A stretch of 64,000 nucleotides of DNA from NCBI GenBank assembly GCA_963743525.1, contig CAVUQH010000004.1, positions 544,001 to 608,000 of the forward strand. Direction: 5' to 3'. This document shows, piece by piece, positions 21,752-31,500 of the stretch. The notes beneath the pieces were generated by a model, which saw only the letters and a program-made list of their open reading frames with translations, ran no database searches and was not told the DNA's origin. Position 1 is the stretch's first letter. Each line of letters starts with the position of its first letter. A program made the position numbers and the translations under genes. This DNA comes from an uncultured delta proteobacterium (GTDB lineage: Bacteria > Myxococcota_A > Polyangia > Haliangiales > Haliangiaceae).

Positions 21752-23418
21752 CAGCGCGACCTCCCGTCGGGGCTGGCCGCCATCGCCGCGTAGCGCCACA
21801 GCGCCAGGTCGTCGGGGGCGCTGCGCAGCGCGCGCTCGAGCAAGGCGTGGCCGCGGTCGCTCGCCAGCAGCGGGCCCAGGCTCTTGATCGCCGCCGCCGG
21901 CCAGGTGCCGACGTGGTCGAGGCGCAGCAGCCAGGCCGCGGCGTCGTCGAGGCCGAAGATCGAGTCGAGCGCCTCCGAGCACTGGCCGATCACGCGCTCG
22001 CGCAGCTCCCACGCCCGCGGCGCGTCGAGGCCGATGAGCGAGCGCATGACCGCGCGCGGCGCCCGCGTGACCATCTTGCTCCGCCAGCGCCAGGCCCGGT
22101 CGTCGTCGAGGCCGCGGGTCGCGGTCAGCGCCGAGATCGGCGCGGCGGCGCGGGCGCCGGCGCGAACCTCCCAGGCCCGCGGGCCGGCGACCCCGCCCAC
22201 GCCCGAGCACGCGGTGGCTGCGGTCTCGAACTCCTCGAGCCCGTCGACGCCACCCTGGGCGGCGAGCCAGCGATCGCGAATCTCCCAGGCGCGGGCACCG
22301 TCGACGCCGCCGACCGCGGACATCGCCGGGTCGCCGTCGAGGCTGGCGCGCACCGACCACGCGACCTCGTCGTCGCGACCGCGAAGCGCCGATGCGACCT
22401 CGCGCGGCGCCGGGCCGGCGAGGGAGTGCAGCATCGCCGCGGCCTCGTCGCGCATCGCCGCCGGGCCGATCAGCGACGACGCGACCCGGCCCGGGGCCTG
22501 GTCGCGCAGCGCTCGCCGCAGCCGCCACGACGCCGGATCGTCGAGGGCGCGCAGCCCGGCCCCGACCACGGCCGGGACCTTCGCGGCCAGGGCCTCGCGG
22601 CGGTCGTCGATGCCCGGCCCGGCGAGACCGCCGAGGAAGTACGCGGCGAGCCCGGGCTCGCGACCGGCACGCGCGTCGATCCACGCCAGCAGCGCCGCGG
22701 CCGCGCCGGCGATGCCGCCGGTCGCCGCGGGCATCGGTGTCGGGGCGGGCAGCCGGGCGCGGGCCGCCGCCGCCCCACCCTCGCGCGCGGCGAGGATGGC
22801 CTCGACCACGGCGTCGACCAGAGCGTCGAGGTCGACGTCGGTGTTGTCCACGACCACCCAGCGCTCGGGCGCGCGTGCCGCCATCGCGCGGTAGCCGTCG
22901 CGCAGCCGCCGCTGCAGCGCCTTGCCGGTCAGGCCCTTGCGCGACGGCGGTCGCCGCGTGGGCTCGATGATCTTCGACACCCGGCGCCGGGCCCGGGCCA
23001 GGCGGGGATGGACGTCGACCAGGATCACCAGGTCGGGCGTGACGCCACCGGCGGCGACCTCGACCAGCGGCGCGACCTCGGCCGGGTCCAGACCGCGCCC
23101 CGCGACTGCCAGCGCCTCGGCGGTGTAGACGAACCGGTCGGCGAAGACGATGTCGGCCCGGCCCAGCGCCGGCCGGGTGACCTCGTCGAGGAGCTGAACC
23201 TCGCGACCGAGATACAGCATCAGCTCGGCCCGCGGGCTGAGCGCCAGGTTGCGGGCGTCGCGACCCAGCTCGCGCATCGCCTGGGTCACCTGCGACGCGA
23301 ACCGGCCGCCCTCGCGGACGTGCTCGACGGCGAGGCCGCGCTCGCGCAACCGAGCCGCAGCCCGGTTGGACAGGGTCGTCTTGCCGCTTCCGTCGATTCC
23401 TTCGAACACGATGAACAT
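21748..23418 (-). CDS. Thymidylate-kinase-like P-loop kinase with ~340-aa helical repeat extension
   Basis: MFIVFEGIDGSGKTT, REGG, ADRF; C-terminal repeated xxAWxxR motifs. Confidence 0.85.
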   Translation of the reverse strand: MFIVFEGIDGSGKTTLSNRAAARLRERGLAVEHVREGGRFASQVTQAMRELGRDARNLALSPRAELMLYLGREVQLLDEVTRPALGRADIVFADRFVYTAEALAVAGRGLDPAEVAPLVEVAAGGVTPDLVILVDVHPRLARARRRVSKIIEPTRRPPSRKGLTGKALQRRLRDGYRAMAARAPERWVVVDNTDVDLDALVDAVVEAILAAREGGAAAARARLPAPTPMPAATGGIAGAAAALLAWIDARAGREPGLAAYFLGGLAGPGIDDRREALAAKVPAVVGAGLRALDDPASWRLRRALRDQAPGRVASSLIGPAAMRDEAAAMLHSLAGPAPREVASALRGRDDEVAWSVRASLDGDPAMSAVGGVDGARAWEIRDRWLAAQGGVDGLEEFETAATACSGVGGVAGPRAWEVRAGARAAAPISALTATRGLDDDRAWRWRSKMVTRAPRAVMRSLIGLDAPRAWELRERVIGQCSEALDSIFGLDDAAAWLLRLDHVGTWPAAAIKSLGPLLASDRGHALLERALRSAPDDLALWRYAAMAASPDGRSRW

Positions 23419-23429
23419 GAGGTCTCCGG

Positions 23430-25439
23430 TCAGTCCAGGTCGTCCGCGTCGTCGCGCATCGCCTTGCACACGCGGTAGAGGTGATTGCCGACGTGCTCGT
23501 AGGCGTCGATGAGCTCGGCCAAACCGAGCCGTACCGAGGTCGACTCGCCCCGGCGCGGGGCGGCGACCGAGGTCACTCGCGCCTCGGCCTCGAGCACGTT
23601 CATGCGGATCTCGCGCTCCCCCGCGGCCTCGAGGTCGGGGGCGCCGCCGCCGTTGATCGCCTCCATCGCGGCGGCGAACGAGCCCTGGGCGAGGTCGTGC
23701 ATCTCGCGCAGGTGGGTCAGCTCGTCGGCGGACAGGCGCACGCCGCGCTCGACGCCGAGCTCGGTGACGTTGAGCAGATGCTCGAGCGCTCGCTGGAGCT
23801 GAAGGGTCGCGACCACCGTCCACTTGACCCGCTCCACCTGGGGCGTCTCCTCGGCAGCGCCGACCGCGACGTACTGCTGCTCGATCGCGCGGCGACCGTC
23901 GGCGAGGGCGGCCTCGACCGCCGGGCCCGGGCCGCGCTCGCCGGTCTGCGACATCTCGAACGCGCCCTCGAGCGCGGCGCGCTGCCGGTCGAACACCTCC
24001 GCGAGCTCGCGCTCGGCGCTCATCACGATCACCGCGGGCGGGGCCGCCGGCGGCGGCGCCACCCTCGCGCGCCGCCCCGCGAGGTGGGTCACGATCGGCA
24101 GCGCGCCCATCCACATCGCGACCATCGCCAGCTCGGACATCGCGAACGCCGCGGACAAATGCCTCGACACGTGGGGCAGGATCACGGTGTGGCCGTAGCT
24201 CAAGGTGTTGGGGTCGCCGAGCGGCAGGAGCCCGGCCAGCGTCTGCCACACCGGAATCGTCACCAGCGCCATCGCCGTCGCGAACGCGCCGAACGCGAGC
24301 TGCGGCCGAACCAGCGGTCGCGCGTGCGGGCCGGCCTGCCACGCGATCAGCGCCATTCCGACCGACGCGCCCAGATTGGCGCCAGCCAGCATGGCCAGCG
24401 CGTTGCTCAGCGGCAGGACCCCGGTGGTCTGAGCCAGGCCGACGACCAGGCCGTAAACCGACGCGGGCCCGAGCAGAACCAGCGCCAGCAGCGCGCCGGC
24501 CGCCGCGCAGGTCAGCTCGGCGATCGGCCCGCTGGCGCGGAAGTAGCTGACGTACGGCAGGATCGTCGGGTCGCCGACCAGCGGCTCGATCCCGGTCTGC
24601 AGCAGGCGCAGGCCGTAGAGCATCAGGCCGGCGCTCAGCACCAGGCGGGCGAAGGCCGCGCCCCGCCGGCTGACCGCGAGCCGGATCCACAGGACACCGA
24701 TCGCGATCACCAGCAGGCTCTGCTGGGTCAAGGCGACCGGCAGGAGCGCGCCGGTGATCGACGCGCCGAGGACGGCGCCGACCATGACCGGTATCGCCGC
24801 GGAGATCGTCATCAGTCGGGCCTCGACCAGGCCGACGGTGAACGCCGCCGCCGAGGTCGTGAGCTGGGTGATCGCGCCGACGCCGACGCCGAGCCCGACC
24901 GACGGCAGCGGCGAGCGCGTGACCTGACCGAGCAGCCGGCGCAGGCGGTGGCCGGCGAGGCCGCGCAGGGCCTGGCCGAGCAGGCCGAGGCCGAACACGA
25001 ACAGAGCGAGCCCGCCGGTCAGTCGGATGACCGACTGGCGGTTGCGGATGCGGACCTGGAGGTCGCGCGACTTACTGCGGCGGTGGCCCTGGAGCAGGCG
25101 CAGGCCGGCCTTGCCCGGCGGCGCGTCGTGCGGGATGCGGACGACCACGGTGCGGTCGCGGTGGGCGACGACCTCGGCCGGCTCGCCGCCGACGTGGACG
25201 ACCAGAGGGATCCCCGGATCGGCCCCGACGTACTGGACGACGATCGCGTCACCGGGGCTGACCTCGGCACTGCTGATCGAGACGATGCGGAGCCGCGATG
25301 ACGAGGCGGCCTCGGTGGTCGGCTCCGGCGCCTGGGGCGTCCGCCCCGCCTTCCAATCGGAGGCCGCATAGGCGACGACCGCAATCGTGATCAGCCAACC
25401 GACGACGAGCCGCCAGCGGCCGCGCGGCCGTTCAGCCAT
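23430..25439 (-). CDS. Na/Pi cotransporter family protein with N-terminal Ig-like domain and PhoU-like C-terminus
   Basis: GGLALFVFGL, QLTTS, GAVLGASIT/GANLGASV repeats; C-terminal YEHVGNHLY. Confidence 0.82.
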   Translation of the reverse strand: MAERPRGRWRLVVGWLITIAVVAYAASDWKAGRTPQAPEPTTEAASSSRLRIVSISSAEVSPGDAIVVQYVGADPGIPLVVHVGGEPAEVVAHRDRTVVVRIPHDAPPGKAGLRLLQGHRRSKSRDLQVRIRNRQSVIRLTGGLALFVFGLGLLGQALRGLAGHRLRRLLGQVTRSPLPSVGLGVGVGAITQLTTSAAAFTVGLVEARLMTISAAIPVMVGAVLGASITGALLPVALTQQSLLVIAIGVLWIRLAVSRRGAAFARLVLSAGLMLYGLRLLQTGIEPLVGDPTILPYVSYFRASGPIAELTCAAAGALLALVLLGPASVYGLVVGLAQTTGVLPLSNALAMLAGANLGASVGMALIAWQAGPHARPLVRPQLAFGAFATAMALVTIPVWQTLAGLLPLGDPNTLSYGHTVILPHVSRHLSAAFAMSELAMVAMWMGALPIVTHLAGRRARVAPPPAAPPAVIVMSAERELAEVFDRQRAALEGAFEMSQTGERGPGPAVEAALADGRRAIEQQYVAVGAAEETPQVERVKWTVVATLQLQRALEHLLNVTELGVERGVRLSADELTHLREMHDLAQGSFAAAMEAINGGGAPDLEAAGEREIRMNVLEAEARVTSVAAPRRGESTSVRLGLAELIDAYEHVGNHLYRVCKAMRDDADDLD

Positions 25440-26274
25440 GAACGGCGTCCGATGCGGCCTCGAACTTGCTGAACGCCGCGGGGGCGATCCGGGCGGCCGC
25501 CAGGACCTCGGTCAGCCACCCCGGCGGCGTGCCGCGAGACTTGACCTCGAGCACCCGCCGGGCCTCGCTCGCCACCGGCGTGCCCAGGGTCGCGCGAACC
25601 AGCGCCCAGTCGCGGCTCCACAGGTCGGCCGGCGGCGCGAAGAACGCCAGCCCGGTGTCGATCGTCACGCGCAGCTCGCCGTCGTCGTCCTGCCACGCCG
25701 ACCGCCGGTAGTTGACCAGGCAGTCGGCGGCCAGCGGCTCGCCGCAGCCGGCGCACAGCTCGGCGACCGCCTCGAGCATCGCGCGCCCGTCGCGGCCGTA
25801 GCGGTCCTCCTGGATCCAGGTCATCTCCGGGGTAATCCGGCCCTCGGCGAAGAACGCCGGGACGTCGACCTTGGGGATGCCAATCCGGCGCTTGCCGGTG
25901 TGGTCGCCGTCGCGGTGCTTGATCTCGAGCCACAGGATCGGCTGGAAGCGGACCAGCTGGCGCACGTCGGTCGCGGTCTCGGTCAGCGCGGGGTGGATGT
26001 CGTAGTACTCCTTGGCGCGCAGCTTGAGGTGGGCGTCGGTCGACGCCCGAGCGCCGCGGTACAGCGCCCGCCTCGCGGTGTCGAAGTAGATCGTCGTGAC
26101 GAAGTGGTGCGCGCTGGGCAGGGTGTTGGCGCCGTCGCCGCGGTAGCGGTGCGACGTCAGGTGGCGGTTGGCGTGCGACGCCACCACCCGCGCCTGCTCC
26201 AGCGTGATCAGGTGCTTGGTCTCCCGGCGATCCGCGGTCATGCGGGCGTCGAGCTGCTCGACCTTACTCGTCAC
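25432..26274 (-). CDS. VTC-domain (polyphosphate polymerase-like) protein
   Basis: RRETKH, TTIYFDT, KLRAKEY, LEIK, YRRSAW, RVTID, VLEVK, FSKF; RBS GAGGGAGG. Confidence 0.88.
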   Translation of the reverse strand: MTSKVEQLDARMTADRRETKHLITLEQARVVASHANRHLTSHRYRGDGANTLPSAHHFVTTIYFDTARRALYRGARASTDAHLKLRAKEYYDIHPALTETATDVRQLVRFQPILWLEIKHRDGDHTGKRRIGIPKVDVPAFFAEGRITPEMTWIQEDRYGRDGRAMLEAVAELCAGCGEPLAADCLVNYRRSAWQDDDGELRVTIDTGLAFFAPPADLWSRDWALVRATLGTPVASEARRVLEVKSRGTPPGWLTEVLAAARIAPAAFSKFEAASDAVHG

Positions 26275-26328
26275 GCGTGTCCTCCCTCGCATCGAATGAG
26301 TCCCCTCGGCCCGTGCATCCCCCTACCC

Positions 26329-27045
26329 TCACGGCGTGTACGACATCAGCTCCTCGTCCTGACCGCCGCCAATCTCCTTGACCTTGCCGATGCCCTGGAC
26401 GAACCAGAAGTCCTTGCTCTTGCCATTGGTCGGGTTGGTCCGGACCAGGTGAAGGGCGGTATACGTCCCGGCCGGCACCGTCACCGACTCGGCGGTCGCC
26501 ACCACCTGCCAGTTCTCGGTCTTCGCGTTGGTCTTGGTCCCGTTGACGTCGGTCGTGGTCTCGTCGAAGTTCTCCGAGTAGGTCGCGTTGGCGACCAGGT
26601 GGCTCGGGCTCTCGTCGATCTTGAGCCGGTAGGGGTTCTCCGACTGGGTGTCGACCGTCGCTCCGTTGAGATCGAGGTCGGTCTGGGCGTAGCGGACGGC
26701 AAGGTCGCCCTCGTAGGTCTCGTACGCGATCGTGACCCCGTTCAGCTTCTCGATCCGGACCCGGTAGGCGAAGGTGCCGGCGTGCGTGCCGCCGACGTCC
26801 TCGAAGGCCTCGACCGTCGACTTCTTGACCGCGCTGGTGCTGGTCGTGGTGTCGGTCATCTTGTAGGTCCACACGCTGCCGACCACGCGCGGCTCGTAGC
26901 GATCGTTCAGGACCGGTCCGTCGGCCGGGGGCGCCGCGGCGTCGATCGATCCCGGTGCGCCGTCGGGGCCGCTGCTGGACGTGGAGCCACCGCACGCCGC
27001 AAGGGCGAGCGTGGCCAGGGACAGGGTGATAAGGCTAAGTCGCAT
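26329..27045 (-). CDS. Lipoprotein (beta-rich, VPAGTY motif)
   Basis: LAAC lipobox; ESVTVPAGTY...WFVQGIGKVKE. Confidence 0.75.
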   Translation of the reverse strand: MRLSLITLSLATLALAACGGSTSSSGPDGAPGSIDAAAPPADGPVLNDRYEPRVVGSVWTYKMTDTTTSTSAVKKSTVEAFEDVGGTHAGTFAYRVRIEKLNGVTIAYETYEGDLAVRYAQTDLDLNGATVDTQSENPYRLKIDESPSHLVANATYSENFDETTTDVNGTKTNAKTENWQVVATAESVTVPAGTYTALHLVRTNPTNGKSKDFWFVQGIGKVKEIGGGQDEELMSYTP

Positions 27046-27063
27046 CGTCGTTTCTCCTCGGGT

Positions 27064-28269
27064 TTAGAGCCGCGCACCAAACTGAATGAGCGCCGTGGTC
27101 GAGTTGGTCGGGGCGACGCCGTAGACCGCGATCCCGACCGGCGCGTTGCCGCCCATGCGCCAGATCTCGAGCTCGGCCTGGAGCTGCCACCGGTCCCACG
27201 CGCCGACGCCGACGCCGCCGGTGAGCTCGCGAACCAGGTCGCGACCGACGCTGGTGTCGGGGTCGACCGCGCCGGCGAGAACGTAAGGCTCGACGTAGCG
27301 CCGGCCTTTCTTGGCGCCGCCGAACCGGACCGCGCCAATCGCGCGCCCCGACACGAACCGCGCCGACGTCTGCATCGGGTCGGCGACCAGCCACGACGTC
27401 CCGGTCACGGCCTCGACCCAGCCGCGGACGCGAGCGGCGCCGAGCTCGAGCTCTGCGGTCGCATCGACCTCGGCGGCCCACTGCCGGCGGATCGTCGCCG
27501 GCAGGACCAGCAGCTCGCCGGCTCGCGACTCGAAGGCGGCGCCGAGCTCGAGGCCGTGGACCGGACGAACCGAGGCCCGGGCGACCGCGTCCTGGCCGTA
27601 GCGATCGCCGGCGGTCGCGGACAGCGGATTGCCGGCGTCGTCGGTACCCTGGAAGACGCCGGCGCGGAGCTCGGGTCGCCACGGCGCCTTCAGCCGGACC
27701 ACCAGGTTGGCGCCGACCGCGCGCCCCGCCAGCTGCATGCGGTTGACGAACACGTTGTCGATCAGGCCGCGGTCGGCCATCGGCAGGGTCCAGATCGACT
27801 CCTGCTGGATCGCGGAGAACGGCATCTTGAAGTTGCCGGCGCGGACGTCGACCCGGGCGGGGCCGTCGGCGAGGCGGAGCTGGACGTAGGCGTTCTTGAG
27901 CTTGGCGCGGGCGTGGAGCTCGACCTCGAGCTTGGTCCGCACCTGGTGCCAGCGGTACTCCGCCTCGAGCCGCGCGCTCTGGATCGCCGTCTCGGCGGCG
28001 AAGCTCGGGTCGTCGCCTTCCTTTGACAAGGCGCCGCGGACGTAGACGCGACCGCCGAGCTCGATCGTCGAGCCGTGTGTCGCCGCGGCAATCGTCTTCG
28101 TCTTCGGCGGCCCTGCCGGGGCCGCCGTCGTTGACGCCGCTGCCCCGTCAGGTACATTCGTGGGTGCGGTGTCGGTTGATGTCGCAGTGCCCGAAGAGGA
28201 AGGCGTCGCGCTCGCGGTCAGGGGTGCGACCAGCGACAGCACGACGATCGACACGATCTTGTTGCTCAA
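27064..28269 (-). CDS. Porin, phosphate-selective OprO/OprP-like
   Basis: Signal peptide, LKNAYV, RAGNFKMPFS, beta-barrel pattern; start codon uncertain. Confidence 0.75.
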   Translation of the reverse strand: MSNKIVSIVVLSLVAPLTASATPSSSGTATSTDTAPTNVPDGAAASTTAAPAGPPKTKTIAAATHGSTIELGGRVYVRGALSKEGDDPSFAAETAIQSARLEAEYRWHQVRTKLEVELHARAKLKNAYVQLRLADGPARVDVRAGNFKMPFSAIQQESIWTLPMADRGLIDNVFVNRMQLAGRAVGANLVVRLKAPWRPELRAGVFQGTDDAGNPLSATAGDRYGQDAVARASVRPVHGLELGAAFESRAGELLVLPATIRRQWAAEVDATAELELGAARVRGWVEAVTGTSWLVADPMQTSARFVSGRAIGAVRFGGAKKGRRYVEPYVLAGAVDPDTSVGRDLVRELTGGVGVGAWDRWQLQAELEIWRMGGNAPVGIAVYGVAPTNSTTALIQFGARL

Positions 28270-28285
28270 CAGAAACGGAACAGTA

Positions 28286-28301
28286 AGCAAGTCGTGATCC
28301 A
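28286..28301 (-). promoter_or_regulatory. sigma54-type promoter of the porin-VTC operon
   Basis: Minus strand TGGATC-ACGAC-TTGCT (GG-N10-GC); A-tracts at 28323-28341 and tandem GCACAGTGC at 28393-28410 upstream. Confidence 0.5.
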
Positions 28302-28516
28302 GCGATGCGTGGCGCCCAACCCAACAAAAAGGCTAAAAAATGCCGACGGCGCGCGATCCGCTGCACCGGCCGTGCACATCTGCCGGATCCATGCACAGTG
28401 CGCACAGTGCGAGCGGGAACCACGGCGTCCCGGTCGGCGTCGGTGTCGGTATGTGGGCTGTGCGAGATCTCACCCATCACGCACTTCCGCAACTACGGCA
28501 GGGCTACAATGGTCCG

Positions 28517-31500
28517 GTGGGCGACTCGCAGCCGAGCGCTGATCGAGATCTGCGCGACGATCTCACCGGACCGGGTCGGTTCGAGATCCTGCGCCGCCTC
28601 GGTTCCGGGGGCATGGGTGTGGTCTACGAGGCCCACGACCGCGAGCGCGATCTGCGGGTCGCGCTGAAGACCTTGAAGCGGGTCAACGCCGCCTCCATCT
28701 ACCGCTTCAAGCGCGAGTTTCGCTCCCTCGCCGACGTCAGCCATCCCAACCTGGTAACGCTATACGAGCTGATCGGCATCGCCGACCGCTGGTTCTTCAC
28801 CATGGAGCTGATCGATGGCGTCGATCTGCTGTCGTACGTGCGTCGACACCCGACGGTCGACTCCGAGGTCCGCGAGGACAGCACGGCCTCTCTCGCGGCA
28901 CGCCGGCTCGCCTCCAGCCCCGGCGGCGACGAGACATCACCGACGAACGTCGGCACATCCTCCTCGCCGAGTCGCCAGCGAATCGTCCCGCCCGCCGACT
29001 CGGCCATCGTCTGGCGGATCTTGCCTCAGCTGGGAGAAGCGCTGAACGCACTGCACCGCACCGGGCACCTGCACCGGGACATCAAGCCGTCCAATATCCT
29101 CGTCACCCCGGACGATCGACTGGTCCTGCTCGACTTCGGTGTCATCACCGAGCTCGCCGGGCACCGTCACAACGTGCTGGGCGAAGGATTCGTCGGCACC
29201 CCAGCGTACGCCGCCCCGGAGCAGGCGGCGGATCCATGGGTGCCATCGCCCGCCAGTGACTGGTACAGCGTCGGCGCGATCCTCTACGAGGCGCTCGCCG
29301 GGCGGCGGCCCCACAGCGGCAGCGCCGAAGCGATGCTCGAGGCCAAATGCAGCCGCGACCCGGTTCCGCTGCACGTGCACAATCCCGACGTCGACGAGTC
29401 GCTGGCCGAGCTGTGCATGAGCTTGCTCAGCCGTGATCCGTCCGCCCGTCCGACCGGCGAGCAGATCGTGGCCCGGTTGCGCGCACGGCAGCCGTCACCC
29501 GAGCCGGGACGCCGACGAGAGCGGACCAGCACAGCGGCCGAATTGGCCCTGGTCGGGCGCGACCGCCAGCTGGGCGAGCTCGATCGAGCGTTCGAGCTCG
29601 TCCGCGGCGGCAGCGGCGCAGCGGTCCACGTGCAGGGGCGGTCCGGCATGGGCAAGACCGCGCTGGTGCAGCACTTCCTCGCTGACATCGCCGACCGCGG
29701 CGATGCCCTGGTGCTGTCTGGCCGCTGCTACGAGCGCGAGTCGGTGCCATACCAGGCGCTCGACAGCCTGGTCGATGCATTGTGTCGCTACCTGCTCGAT
29801 CTGCCGCGTGCGCGGGCCGATGCGCTGATGCCACTCGACGTTCGCCATCTCGCGCGCGCCTTTCCGGTGTTGCGCCGCGTGGAGGCGATCGCCCGCGCCC
29901 AACGACGCTCGGTCAACGAGGAGACCGAGCCGCTGGAAGCCCGCCGCCGGGTATTTGGCGCCCTGCGCGAGCTGTTGGCCCGGCTCGCCGAGCAGCGACC
30001 GCTGGTGCTGTTCATCGACGACCTGCAGTGGGGCGACGTCGACAGCGCGCAGTTCCTCGCACGGCTGATGCGCCCCCCGGTTCCACCGCTGTTGTTCGTG
30101 GTGACCTATCGCAGCGAAGAGTTGTCGTCGAGCGCGGCGCTCGAGATCGTGCGCGCGGCCGCCGAGACCGACGAGGCCAGGACGCGCTTCATCGACATCA
30201 CGATCGGCCGCCTGCCGCTGGCCGATGCCCGCGAGCTGGCGACCGAGCTGCTCAGAGAGGCCGGTGCGCCAGTCGACGCCGCCGAGCACATCGCTCGCGA
30301 ATCTCACGGCAACCCCTTCTTCGTGCACGAGTTCGCTCGCTACGTCAGCTCGCACGGGACCGGCGGCCGCGCGGAAGATCTCGACCTGGCAGAGGTGATC
30401 ATGGCGCGCATCGGCGCGCTGTCCGACGACGCGCGCCGGCTGATGAAGACGATCGCGGTCGCGGGCCGGCCACTGATGCAGGGACTTGCCAGTCGGGCAG
30501 CCGGCATCGGTGACGGCCTGCCGCGCGCCCTGGCGGAGCTTCGCTCGGCCCATCTGGTGCGAACCACCGGGGCGCGCGCTTACGACACGGTCGAGTGCTA
30601 TCACGATCGCATCCGCGAGACCGTCCTGGGTCGGCTGGCCGACGACGAGCTGCGCACGATCCACCTCGATGTTGCCCGCGGTCTGGCCTCGTCGGCGCAA
30701 CCGGACATCGAGCTCATGGCGCTGCACTACGCCGCCGCCGGCGAGCGCCTGGTCGCGTTCGACTACGCCGTTTCCGCCGCCGAGACCGCGGCCAAAGCGC
30801 TGGCGTTCGAACGCGCGGCGGCACTGTTTCGGCTGGCGGTCGAGCTCGAGCCCGACGACAACCCCGATCGCGGGCTGCTGCGCAGCCAGCTCGGCGACGC
30901 GCTGGTCAACTCCGGCCGCGGGGTCGAGGCGGCCGAGGCGTTCCTCGCTGCGGTGCCCGACGTCGATCCGCAGACCGGCCTGGATCTGCAGGTTCGCGCC
31001 GGCAGCGAGCTCCTGCGCAGCGGTCGACTCGCCGAAGGCCTGGACGTCCTCGCGCCCGCCCTCGCCGGCGCCGGCGCCAACCTGGCCTCTTCGCCGCGCC
31101 GCGCGCTGTGGTCGCTGCTGCTCGGCCGCCTGCGCACCCGGCTGCGCGGCCTCCATTTCCGCCCGCGCAGTCCCGCCGAAATCCCACAGGCGCAGCTCAC
31201 CCGCATCGATGCGTTCGCCGGTGCCTCCGGACCTCTCGGCATGGCCGACAACCTCCGCGGCGCCGACGTGCAGACCCGCCACCTGCTCGCCGCGTTGCGC
31301 GCCGGCGAGCCGACCCGGGTGGGGCGCGCTCTGGTCTACGAATCCGCGCTGTCAACGCTCGGTGGTCCGCGCACCCGGCGGCGCACCAATCGACTCCTGG
31401 GGATGGTCGACGAGATCGCCAGCGACACCGGAGATCCGCGGCTGTCCGGCCAGCACAAGGCGATGTCGGCGCTCGCCGCCTATCAGTGCGGCGAATGGAC

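Noticed and set aside
25387..28026. Long alternative-frame ORFs (e.g. 25387-28026 +, 2049-4193 -, most of 39946-43656 -)
   Set aside because: Antisense shadows of motif-bearing genes, expected at this GC content
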